This document shows, in pieces, positions 9,934 through 18,002 of a stretch of DNA of 28,612 nucleotides. The notes under the pieces were generated by a model. That model worked only from the letters and a program-made list of their open reading frames with translations. It was not told the DNA's origin and did not search any database. Location of the stretch: the NCBI GenBank assembly GCA_013203315.1, contig JABMQJ010000025.1:1-28612 (forward strand), read 5' to 3'. The first letter of the stretch is position 1, and the number at the start of each line of letters is the position of its first letter. The stretch is from Candidatus Omnitrophota bacterium (GTDB lineage Bacteria > Omnitrophota > Gorgyraeia > JABMRN01 > RBG-13-46-9). Both the position numbers and the translations under genes were made by a program.

Positions 9934-10860
9934 ATGATAAAAAAGTGGCTAGTAGCTAAGGGGCTAGGGTTGCTGTTCTTGGGTTTAGCAACCATTAATT
10001 CGTATTCTCAAACTGTCGAGGATCATGTTAAGGCGGGGGATACGCATTTTAAAGAAGGGGATTACCAGAAAGGTATCGTTGAATACAAGAAGGCTATTGA
10101 AATTAATCCCGAGCATAACGATGTTAGCATCTATTACAATCTCGGCGCCGCATACGGTTTTTTGGGTCAACACGAAAAAGCCCTCAATTATTTTGAAAAA
10201 GCCCGGAAGATGAGCCCTGATGACGCCGGTATTTACTACAACCTTGCCATCGGCCATGCTTCACTGGAGCAACATGAGGATGCCAAAGAAAATTTTCTTA
10301 AGGCGAGAGAATTATTTTTGAAAAAAGGGGACGATAAGAACGCTCTTAAGGTTGAAGAGTATCTGAGTAAAATACCTGCGACGGAGGTTTCGGAGGAGGC
10401 CGCCGAAAGCGCGGATTCCGGAGAACTGCAAGGCCCGGCCGTAGATAAAGAAACCGTAGAATTGATTGCCGGGGATATGGCCAAAGACAAAAAACTTGGT
10501 AAAGAGTTAACGGAGGCGGAAATAGAACTGCTTTCTGACTATCCCGAAAGAGGAGCTAGGCTTAAGGAAATTGCCGATTACGCCACGGCCGCGGCGAAAA
10601 ATGCGCATGAGGCAGACCAAACCGTTCCGGAAGATGCTTACCGCCATGTCCTGTGGAGTTACCTGCTCACTAAAGAATACGACACGGAGTTTGCCAAGAA
10701 AGTTACCGATGCCCACGAAATCGGGGATACCAAAAACACTGAGGAAGACCACATAATGGATTACAACAATAATGAGGTAGGCAGACGCTACGCCGAAGAA
10801 GAATATGAGGAATCCGAAGTTTTAGAAAAAGTTATGAGCGACGAAGGAGTAATGCGATGA
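9934..10860 (+). CDS. Secreted TPR protein with C-terminal DUF6973-like domain
   Basis: Start reassigned to ATG 9934 because 9823 lies inside the tRNA. Signal peptide, three TPRs (e.g. IYYNLGAAY), acidic linker, DAYRH..W...DAHE...MDYNNNEVGR. Confidence 0.75.
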   Translation: MIKKWLVAKGLGLLFLGLATINSYSQTVEDHVKAGDTHFKEGDYQKGIVEYKKAIEINPEHNDVSIYYNLGAAYGFLGQHEKALNYFEKARKMSPDDAGIYYNLAIGHASLEQHEDAKENFLKARELFLKKGDDKNALKVEEYLSKIPATEVSEEAAESADSGELQGPAVDKETVELIAGDMAKDKKLGKELTEAEIELLSDYPERGARLKEIADYATAAAKNAHEADQTVPEDAYRHVLWSYLLTKEYDTEFAKKVTDAHEIGDTKNTEEDHIMDYNNNEVGRRYAEEEYEESEVLEKVMSDEGVMR

Positions 10861-11198
10861 AAAAAATTATAATGTTTTTATGCCTGATGATTTTATTTAC
10901 TGCCAATTCGCATGCTATTCCTTTACCATATAATGCCGAGTCCTGGAACAAATTAAGCGAATTGGGGCCATCGGAAGAGAAACTCGCAAAAAAAATGCTT
11001 GTCCGCGGCGTATACGAAGGCGCGTTTGCCACAAACCCCCATAAAGCCAGAAAACTTCTTGTTACCAATGTAGATTTTGACGACCTTGTTTTTAAGGTTA
11101 ACCGATTTTATATTGATAAAAAAAATGCGCTGATTCCTCTGGGCCTGGCCCTGCGGGTAATCAGCATGGAGATAAGAGGGGCCCGGAGCAGGAGATAG
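10857..11198 (+). CDS. Small secreted protein, Rap1a/Tai immunity-like
   Basis: ATGA overlap with the upstream gene, AAGGAG RBS, signal peptide ending SHA, W...VRGVYEG...VNRFY...N..IP...AL pattern. Confidence 0.6.
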   Translation: MKKIIMFLCLMILFTANSHAIPLPYNAESWNKLSELGPSEEKLAKKMLVRGVYEGAFATNPHKARKLLVTNVDFDDLVFKVNRFYIDKKNALIPLGLALRVISMEIRGARSRR

Positions 11199-11288
11199 AT
11201 AATTATTTAGAACATCTCCGTACGTTTATTGATAATATATTCGAAAGGTTCGCGGAAGAGGAAGCAGAATAAAGCAGGGAAAGTATTT

Positions 11289-11510
11289 ATGCTGACGCTT
11301 ATCAAGACTATCTGGATTATGATACTCATAACCATACTCGTCGGATACGCGTGTTGGAGCATTTTCACGCTGACAACTAAGGGTAAGTATCTCATATATC
11401 TAATGGAATATAGAGAAAAAGAACAGAGGGTTGGTGAAGGCCCAACGTGGTATGAGCTGTATTCTGCCGGATCTTCCGAGCAGAAAGACAAAGAAAGTCG
11501 GATTTATTAA
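11289..11510 (+). CDS. Small single-TM protein (paralog A)
   Basis: Hydrophobic IKTIWIMILITILVGYACWSIF segment; start uncertain (ATG 11289 or TTG 11229); paralogous to 11525-11692. Confidence 0.65.
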   Translation: MLTLIKTIWIMILITILVGYACWSIFTLTTKGKYLIYLMEYREKEQRVGEGPTWYELYSAGSSEQKDKESRIY

Positions 11511-11524
11511 AGGGGGGGGAGCGC

Positions 11525-11692
11525 ATGGATGTAAATAAATCTTTGAGCGTCATCAAGACGGTTTGGTCTTTGATACTTTTATCTGTAATCGTGGGATTCG
11601 TATGCTGGAGCATTGTAGCATTAACCTCGGGCGGCAAAAATATCCTGAACTCAATTGTCGAAGTGTTCACAAACGCCGGTTCTTCGATGTAA
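11525..11692 (+). CDS. 55-aa single-TM microprotein (paralog B), absent from the ORF track
   Basis: G-rich RBS then MDVNKSLSVIKTVWSLILLSVIVGFVCWSIVALTSGGKNILNSIVEVFTNAGSSM*. Confidence 0.75.
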   Translation: MDVNKSLSVIKTVWSLILLSVIVGFVCWSIVALTSGGKNILNSIVEVFTNAGSSM

Positions 11693-11739
11693 GGTTAGAC
11701 TTACTAATAATCGAAATCAGCCAAGATTGGAATCTAACG

Positions 11740-12402
11740 ATGAGACAATTGCTTTTATTAATTATATTATCGATATGCCTTGGCGGTTGCGCCACGGTGG
11801 GGCGTAGCCCCAGCGACATTGGCAGGGCCAGCATCCCGGGCGTTTACCACGAGGTTATAAAGGGGCAGACCCTCTGGCATATATCTAAAATTTATGACAT
11901 TGATCTTAGGAAAATTATTAACGCGAATCGTCTACCTGATGCCAGTAAAATCGAGGTGGGCCAGCTTATTTTCGTACCCGATACGCGTGAGAAGGTAACA
12001 GGGCCCGTTTGTGTAAAAAGCGCAAAATTCGAAAATTTTATTTGGCCCGTAAAGGGGAGAGTAGTTTCTTATTTTGGTTCCATGAAAAAAATGGCAAGGA
12101 ATAACGGCATAGACATAGAAACGCGTGATGGAGTCGGTATAGTGGCTTCGCGAAGCGGTAAGGTAGCTTATACCAATGATAACATGAAAGGTTACGGCAA
12201 AACGATTATAATAGACCATCTTGACGGCTTTCAGACAGTGTATGCTCACAATGCTAAAAATCTTGTCGGATTAGACGAGCGTGTAGCCCGCGGGCAAGTT
12301 ATTGCAAAGGCGGGCAAGACCGGAAGGGCTGACAAGCCAACGCTTCATTTCGAGATAAGAAAAAAACATAAATCTCAAAACCCGTTTTATTATTTACCGT
12401 GA
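11740..12402 (+). CDS. LysM + M23 peptidase-family lipoprotein (NlpD-like)
   Basis: Start ATG 11740, lipobox LGGC, LysM YHEVIKGQTLWHISK, WPVKG, NNGIDI, YAHN, LHFEIR. Confidence 0.9.
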   Translation: MRQLLLLIILSICLGGCATVGRSPSDIGRASIPGVYHEVIKGQTLWHISKIYDIDLRKIINANRLPDASKIEVGQLIFVPDTREKVTGPVCVKSAKFENFIWPVKGRVVSYFGSMKKMARNNGIDIETRDGVGIVASRSGKVAYTNDNMKGYGKTIIIDHLDGFQTVYAHNAKNLVGLDERVARGQVIAKAGKTGRADKPTLHFEIRKKHKSQNPFYYLP

Positions 12403-12416
12403 AAAGGTTATAAGCA

Positions 12417-14051
12417 ATGTTAAACGAACCGGTTGTAGGTAAGGCATTTTTCGGTAGGGCAAACGTCCTGGGTACCCTGGAAAAAAGAGTAAACGCCTTA
12501 AAGGGCGGTTACAGGCAAAACGTCGCCTTGACAGGCCAGATGCTCTCCGGGAAATCCTCGATACTACACCAATTCCTGCACACCCTAAGGGACGCATCTC
12601 TTATACCCGTTTATGTAGAAGTGGTAGAAGAGGCGTTCCCGTCATTCGCAAATAAATTTATAGCAACACTTCTTTACAACTATCTTGCTTCATGCGGGAC
12701 CGACGCCGAGAAAGATCTAACAAACCTTATAAAAACAGCCGAGGGGTTTATACCTCACACGGTATACGCGATAAAAAAAGTACGCTCGGACCTCTCCCGA
12801 AAGAATTATAACGAGGCGTACAAAAAGCTTCTTCATCTTACTTCGGTCATGAAGGAGGAGACCGGTAAGTCCTGCGTGGTTATCCTCGATGAATTTCACA
12901 ACCTTGAATCTCTCAAAATAAAAAAGCCGTATCTTTCCTTCGGGAAAATCATAATGATCCAGAAGGATACGATGTACATAGTTTCGAGCTCTCAGAAAAA
13001 CACGATAAAAAAGATACTATCTGAAAAGCTGGCGCTCCTTTTTGGCAATTTCGAGGTTATTGAAGTTTCGGGATTTGACAATAAAACAGCCCGGGCATTC
13101 CTGGAAGAAAAGTTCCAGAACATGACGCTTTCCCGCTCTTACGCCGATTACCTCATAGATTTCGCTGATGGAAACCCGTTTTTCCTGGATGTCTTGTCAA
13201 AAAAGATTGTTGAAATCGCCACTTTGAATAAGCTCTCTTCGGCAAACGAGGATATTCTTATCGAGGCTATACTTGGGTCTATCTACAATACCAGCGGCAC
13301 CATTAATCAGTACTTCACAAACAACATAATGAATCTGCTAGAAAAAGGCCTGCGAGGCGATTATTTGGATATACTAACCGCGTTGGCGTGTGGGTTTAAT
13401 AAGTTGGGCGACATAGCGAAGTGGTTCAAAAAACAAAGTAGTTCCGGGATCTCGGGTAAACTGGCGCGGCTTATTGAGCTCGACATGGTTTATAAAAACG
13501 GTGTTTTTTACGAAGTGCAGGACAAGGTATTCAAGTTCTGGCTAAAAACCGTATATCATAAACGTAAAACATCTTTAGTGGATGACGTAGTAAATAGCGC
13601 TAATGATTTTAAGCGTGAGGTCAAAGCCGACATAGACGAGTACCTTGCCGAAACGCAAAAAGAAGCACCGGAACGCATAAAGGAATTGTTCGCGTCTTTT
13701 AACGGCGAAATCGTAGAAATTGATAGAAAAAAACGGCGCCTGCCTCAGTTCATTAAAATAGAAGTTAAAAAGTTCGGAAAATGTGAAGACCTCGTGACTT
13801 ATCAAAAACCGGACAAGTATTGGGTATTCGAAATCTGGCAGGATAAGATTGATGAAACAGCCGTCTCAGACTTTCTTGAGCGGTACTATCCTTCGAGGGA
13901 AAAAATCACAAAAAAAATATGCGTTGCCCTGGAGGGAATAGACAGAAACGCCCTTCTTCTGGCAAAAGAAAAAAATGTTTGGGTATGGGAGCTTGATAAT
14001 ATTAACGAACTCCTGCGTCTTTATAAAAAGCATAAGTTGATATACAGATGA
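12417..14051 (+). CDS. Archaeal-type (ATPase_2/MJ-type STAND-like) P-loop ATPase with wHTH and degenerate REase-like C-terminus
   Basis: FFGR, Walker A GQMLSGKSS, Walker B VILDEFH, GNPFFL, D.VFKFWL. Confidence 0.75.
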   Translation: MLNEPVVGKAFFGRANVLGTLEKRVNALKGGYRQNVALTGQMLSGKSSILHQFLHTLRDASLIPVYVEVVEEAFPSFANKFIATLLYNYLASCGTDAEKDLTNLIKTAEGFIPHTVYAIKKVRSDLSRKNYNEAYKKLLHLTSVMKEETGKSCVVILDEFHNLESLKIKKPYLSFGKIIMIQKDTMYIVSSSQKNTIKKILSEKLALLFGNFEVIEVSGFDNKTARAFLEEKFQNMTLSRSYADYLIDFADGNPFFLDVLSKKIVEIATLNKLSSANEDILIEAILGSIYNTSGTINQYFTNNIMNLLEKGLRGDYLDILTALACGFNKLGDIAKWFKKQSSSGISGKLARLIELDMVYKNGVFYEVQDKVFKFWLKTVYHKRKTSLVDDVVNSANDFKREVKADIDEYLAETQKEAPERIKELFASFNGEIVEIDRKKRRLPQFIKIEVKKFGKCEDLVTYQKPDKYWVFEIWQDKIDETAVSDFLERYYPSREKITKKICVALEGIDRNALLLAKEKNVWVWELDNINELLRLYKKHKLIYR

Positions 14052-14530
14052 AGAGAATAGGCGTTCTTTCTGATACGCACATTCCGAAAGCGGCTCAAGA
14101 TCTTCCGGAAAAAGTTTACAAAGAACTTCGGAACGTAGACATGATCTTGCATGCCGGAGATCTTGTTGAGATATCCGTGTTCAAGAAATTGCAGGATATA
14201 GCGCCCACGCACGCGGTATGCGGCAATATGGATATGCCGGAGGTGAGAGCGACATTACCCCAGAAGGATATAATTACGGTTCTTGGGTTTAAAATAGGTC
14301 TCGTTCACGGCTATGGCCCCCCGGGCAGAATTACCGAAGCCGTCCGGAGCGAATTTAAAAGGGTAGATATAATTGTGTTCGGGCATTCGCACTCGGCCTT
14401 ATCGAAAGAGATAAAAAAGACTCTTTTTTTTAATCCCGGCAGCCCGACAGACAGGATTTTCGCGGCGTATAACAGCTTCGGTATTCTGGAAATAGGGGAA
14501 GAGGTTGAGGGAAAAATTATAAGATTGTGA
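14048..14530 (+). CDS. YfcE/MJ0936-family metallophosphoesterase
   Basis: SDTH, HAGD, GNMD, HG, GHSH, NPGS. Confidence 0.92.
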   Translation: MKRIGVLSDTHIPKAAQDLPEKVYKELRNVDMILHAGDLVEISVFKKLQDIAPTHAVCGNMDMPEVRATLPQKDIITVLGFKIGLVHGYGPPGRITEAVRSEFKRVDIIVFGHSHSALSKEIKKTLFFNPGSPTDRIFAAYNSFGILEIGEEVEGKIIRL

Positions 14531-14568
14531 TTCGGTGTTTGTAATTTGGATTTTAAGGAGGAAAGTAG

Positions 14569-15036
14569 ATGGATAAAATTTGGGCTCCCTGGAGAAAAAA
14601 ATATATTACGCTAAAAAAAAGTAAAAAGTGTATCTTTTGCATAGGCAAGAAAAGAAGTTCTGATAAAAAACGATACATATTAAAAAGAAGTAAGCATGCA
14701 TTCGCCATGCTAAATATCTATCCCTACAACAACGCGCACGTAATGGTGGCTCCATGCAGACATGTTAAAACACTTGCCTCGCTTAATAATAAGGAGTTGC
14801 TGGATTTATTTAATCTCGTAAATATCATGACAAAAAAAATAGACAAGCTTTTAAAGCCTGCCGGCTACAATATTGGATTAAATATTGGAAGAGTCGCCGG
14901 CGCGGGCTTCCCGGGCCACGTGCATGTGCATATCGTGCCCAGGTGGATAGGCGACACGAATTTCATGCCCGTAATTTCAAACACTAAAGTCATTTCATGC
15001 TCTCTGGATGAGCTATGTGAGGCATTAAAAAAATAA
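14569..15036 (+). CDS. HIT-family hydrolase (Ap4A phosphorylase/FHIT-like)
   Basis: WAPWR, CIFC, LNIYPYN, HVHVHIVPRW.GD.NF. Confidence 0.93.
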   Translation: MDKIWAPWRKKYITLKKSKKCIFCIGKKRSSDKKRYILKRSKHAFAMLNIYPYNNAHVMVAPCRHVKTLASLNNKELLDLFNLVNIMTKKIDKLLKPAGYNIGLNIGRVAGAGFPGHVHVHIVPRWIGDTNFMPVISNTKVISCSLDELCEALKK

Positions 15037-16190
15037 TGTTAACCAGAAAAGAAATCGAAAAACAGGAATATCTCGTTTTGGCGCCTTACGCCACGAAGTC
15101 AAAGGAGACACGCGGACGTCCCCACAAGGAAAAGGAACATGCGTACCGCTCTATTTATCAGCGTGATACGGACAGGATTATTTACTCAAGCGCATTTCGC
15201 AGACTTGAGTACAAGACTCAAGTTTTCGTTAATCATGAAGGTGACCATTACAGAACCCGCCTAACTCATACGCTTGAAGTAGCGCAAATAGCAAAGACAA
15301 TAGCGCGCGCCCTCAGGTTAAACAGCGAACTTGTAGACGCCATTGCCCTGGCGCATGATCTCGGACATACACCTTTCGGCCATTCCGGGGAAGACGCCTT
15401 AAGAGAGCTCATGACCGACCATGGCGGTTTTGACCATAATGCTCAAGGCTTAAGAGTTGTTGATCTTTTAGAGGAAATGTATCCGAATTTCCGGGGGCTC
15501 AATTTAACATATGAGGTACGGGAGGGTATAATCAAGCATTCAACTCCTTTCGACAAGCCCCGGCCCTACATCCCCTTTGAAAGCAAGGGAACGCCGTCTC
15601 TGGAAGTACAGGTCGTTGATATAGCCGATGAGATTGCCTATGATAATCATGATCTGGATGATGGGTTAAGGAGTGGGCTTATAGCCGAAGAAAAGCTTTC
15701 AGACATCGCATTGTGGAAAATGGTTCGAGATGGCATAAGGGATAATCATTCCGGAGTCGCAAAAAAAATTCGCAGGGCCGAAGCCGTTCGCACCCTTATC
15801 AACATACAGGTAACAGATCTCATAAAACACACAGAAAAGCGTCTTAAAAAATTTAACATCAATACTCCTCAGGATGTCAGAAAATTTCCTGAAAAAATTA
15901 TTGCGTTTTCACGCGAGATACGAGATTTAAGAAAGCCTTTAAGGAAATTCCTTGTGAAGAATCTTTATCACCACTACAGGGTTGTGCGGATGTCTAAAAA
16001 AGCGTACAGGTTCATGACGGACCTGTTCGAGACATATACGGATAATCCCGAGCAGCTTTCCCCGACGCAGCAAATGTGGCTTAAGGGGGATGATAAATAC
16101 CGGGTTGTCTCGGATTATATCGCCGGGATGACCGACAGATACGCCCTTGACGAATATAATAAACTCTTTGACCCGTATAAAAAAGTTTAA
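15036..16190 (+). CDS. dgt: Deoxyguanosinetriphosphate triphosphohydrolase
   Basis: FRRLEYKTQVF, RTRLTHTLEV, HDLGHTPFGHSGE, ADEIAY, DYIAGMTD. Confidence 0.94.
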   Translation: MLTRKEIEKQEYLVLAPYATKSKETRGRPHKEKEHAYRSIYQRDTDRIIYSSAFRRLEYKTQVFVNHEGDHYRTRLTHTLEVAQIAKTIARALRLNSELVDAIALAHDLGHTPFGHSGEDALRELMTDHGGFDHNAQGLRVVDLLEEMYPNFRGLNLTYEVREGIIKHSTPFDKPRPYIPFESKGTPSLEVQVVDIADEIAYDNHDLDDGLRSGLIAEEKLSDIALWKMVRDGIRDNHSGVAKKIRRAEAVRTLINIQVTDLIKHTEKRLKKFNINTPQDVRKFPEKIIAFSREIRDLRKPLRKFLVKNLYHHYRVVRMSKKAYRFMTDLFETYTDNPEQLSPTQQMWLKGDDKYRVVSDYIAGMTDRYALDEYNKLFDPYKKV

Positions 16191-16211
16191 AAAGGTGTAA
16201 TAGGTAAAAAC

Positions 16212-17729
16212 ATGGTAGAAATTAGCCTTCCAAAAATCGAGCGACAAAAACGTATCCTTGAGCGCTTCGCGGGGAATCTTGATTTTAAAAAAGTTAAGTC
16301 TTCTTTTTCCAAAAATCTGGGGCCGTTCATGTTGTGGGTAACGGACCGGGACCCCTCGGATAAGAAAGCGCTAAAGCAGGGGCTTTGCAAGGTAGCAAGG
16401 GCAAGCGAAAAAAACGAATCGGCCTGCCTCGCTAATATCACCGGCATTTTAGAGCGGGCGGCGGTCTCGGGAAAAACAGAAACATTTATGTGCCCGTTCG
16501 GGTTGCATGGTTTTTCCGTGCCTCTTGTGGAGGATAAGGAGGCATTCGGTTACATAATATGCTGCCAGCTTAAAAATGAACCGAGCCGTGACATGATGGA
16601 CATTTTCTCTTACCTCGTCAATACGGTACTCAAGGAAGCGAAAAAAGAAGTCGAGCTGGAAGATCTTTATAGAACCATAAAACCACGCACTGTGGCACTC
16701 TCTACCGTGCATACTGTTCACAGGTTAATCATGTCGTCTTTATATCTAAACGAACTTCTCGCGCGAATAGCCCGATTATCCATGCAAATCATCAGGGCAA
16801 GCAGGTGTTCGATTAAATTGATTGACAGCAAGCGAAAAACGCTCTTGCCAAAAGCAACAGTTGATCTTCGGACAAAAACGACACGCCTTAAAAAGGTAAA
16901 AATAGGTAGATGGGCGCCCGGCAAAGCGGTTAAATTCGGAAAACCTATAAGGGCCGAGAAATACCTTGCCACACCCCTTATTGACGAAGACGTAATCGGC
17001 GTGATAACTCTTTACGATAAACTCGACAATCAGTCTTTTACGAGTTTCGATGAAGAAATAATGAGGACCTTAGCCGAGCAGGCCGCCATTGCGATAAAAA
17101 ATGCACAACTTTATAAAGAGCAGGAAAAGTTAACAATGGGTAGCATTAAAGCCCTTGCGCAAATTATCGAAAGCCGGGGTTCCGGGATATATACGTCTAA
17201 ATTGAGCTTCCTCAAGATTGTTCAGTTGATCGGTCAGGAATTTAAAATGCGTGAGCACGAGTTAAAGACATTGCAATACGCCGCGCTCCTTCATGATGCA
17301 GGTGAGCTTATGATTCCGGAAAAAGTTTTGCGAAAAAGGGGTAAGCTCACCGGGGCAGAATATAGGCTGATAAAAGAACACCCTTTAAAAGGAGCAAAAA
17401 TTATCAAATCCCTAAAATCGCTTAAATCGATTACCCCTATAATAATGTACCATCACGAAAATTTTAATGGGACCGGATATCCGAAAGGCTTGAAGGGCAG
17501 CGATATACCCCTTGGCGCGCGAATCATGGCTGTTGTCGCCGCGTTTGAAGCAATGATCGCAAAGAGGCCATATAGAGGCACGCCGCTTTCCGCGGAGCGG
17601 GCAGCCGAAGAAGTTAAGAAGCATTCCGGAAACCAGTTTGACCCGAAAGTGGTAGAAATTTTCCTGAAAGTAGTCAAAAGAAAAGACGTACGGCACCTTA
17701 TGAAAAGGGAAGTGCATGGATCTAAATGA
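16212..17729 (+). CDS. PocR-like + GAF + degenerate HD-GYP protein
   Basis: CPFGL...VPL...GYI (PocR-like); F...DEE.M..LA.QAAIAIKNAQLY (GAF); HDAGE, HHENFNGTGYP.GL, RPYR, QFDP. Confidence 0.85.
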   Translation: MVEISLPKIERQKRILERFAGNLDFKKVKSSFSKNLGPFMLWVTDRDPSDKKALKQGLCKVARASEKNESACLANITGILERAAVSGKTETFMCPFGLHGFSVPLVEDKEAFGYIICCQLKNEPSRDMMDIFSYLVNTVLKEAKKEVELEDLYRTIKPRTVALSTVHTVHRLIMSSLYLNELLARIARLSMQIIRASRCSIKLIDSKRKTLLPKATVDLRTKTTRLKKVKIGRWAPGKAVKFGKPIRAEKYLATPLIDEDVIGVITLYDKLDNQSFTSFDEEIMRTLAEQAAIAIKNAQLYKEQEKLTMGSIKALAQIIESRGSGIYTSKLSFLKIVQLIGQEFKMREHELKTLQYAALLHDAGELMIPEKVLRKRGKLTGAEYRLIKEHPLKGAKIIKSLKSLKSITPIIMYHHENFNGTGYPKGLKGSDIPLGARIMAVVAAFEAMIAKRPYRGTPLSAERAAEEVKKHSGNQFDPKVVEIFLKVVKRKDVRHLMKREVHGSK

Positions 17730-17979
17730 ACTGCTAAAAAATAAACTCTACAGGGGGATAGTAGAGTTTTTCCACGAAAACCAGACAAGCGTGGATACAC
17801 CGCGGGGTATAGCAACGTGGGTAAAAGAAGAACGCGCTGTAGTCAAAAACGCTCTCGATAAGCTTGTCGAGCTCGGCATACTCATCGCGCACGAGGTTTC
17901 GTCTACGACCGGTTACAGCTACACGCGAAACAAAAAGATTATACAAACCATAGAAAAACAATTAAAAAACAATCGCTAG
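17716..17979 (+). CDS. Small winged-HTH-like protein
   Basis: 87 aa, FFHEN...DT..GIATW......V..AL..LVELGIL; overlaps the HD-GYP 3' end. Confidence 0.7.
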   Translation: MDLNELLKNKLYRGIVEFFHENQTSVDTPRGIATWVKEERAVVKNALDKLVELGILIAHEVSSTTGYSYTRNKKIIQTIEKQLKNNR

Positions 17980-18002
17980 TTAAATATTTAATCGTCATTC
18001 TG

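Noticed and set aside
9905-9970. Weakly periodic (G/T)TAG-type short repeats after the tRNA
   Set aside because: Too short and degenerate to distinguish from chance
11563-11739. N-terminal extension of the LysM/M23 ORF
   Set aside because: Overlaps the 11525-11692 microprotein; the lipoprotein signal begins at 11740
9801-11739. Prophage or integrative element at tRNA-Gly
   Set aside because: No integrase, phage genes or visible att duplication
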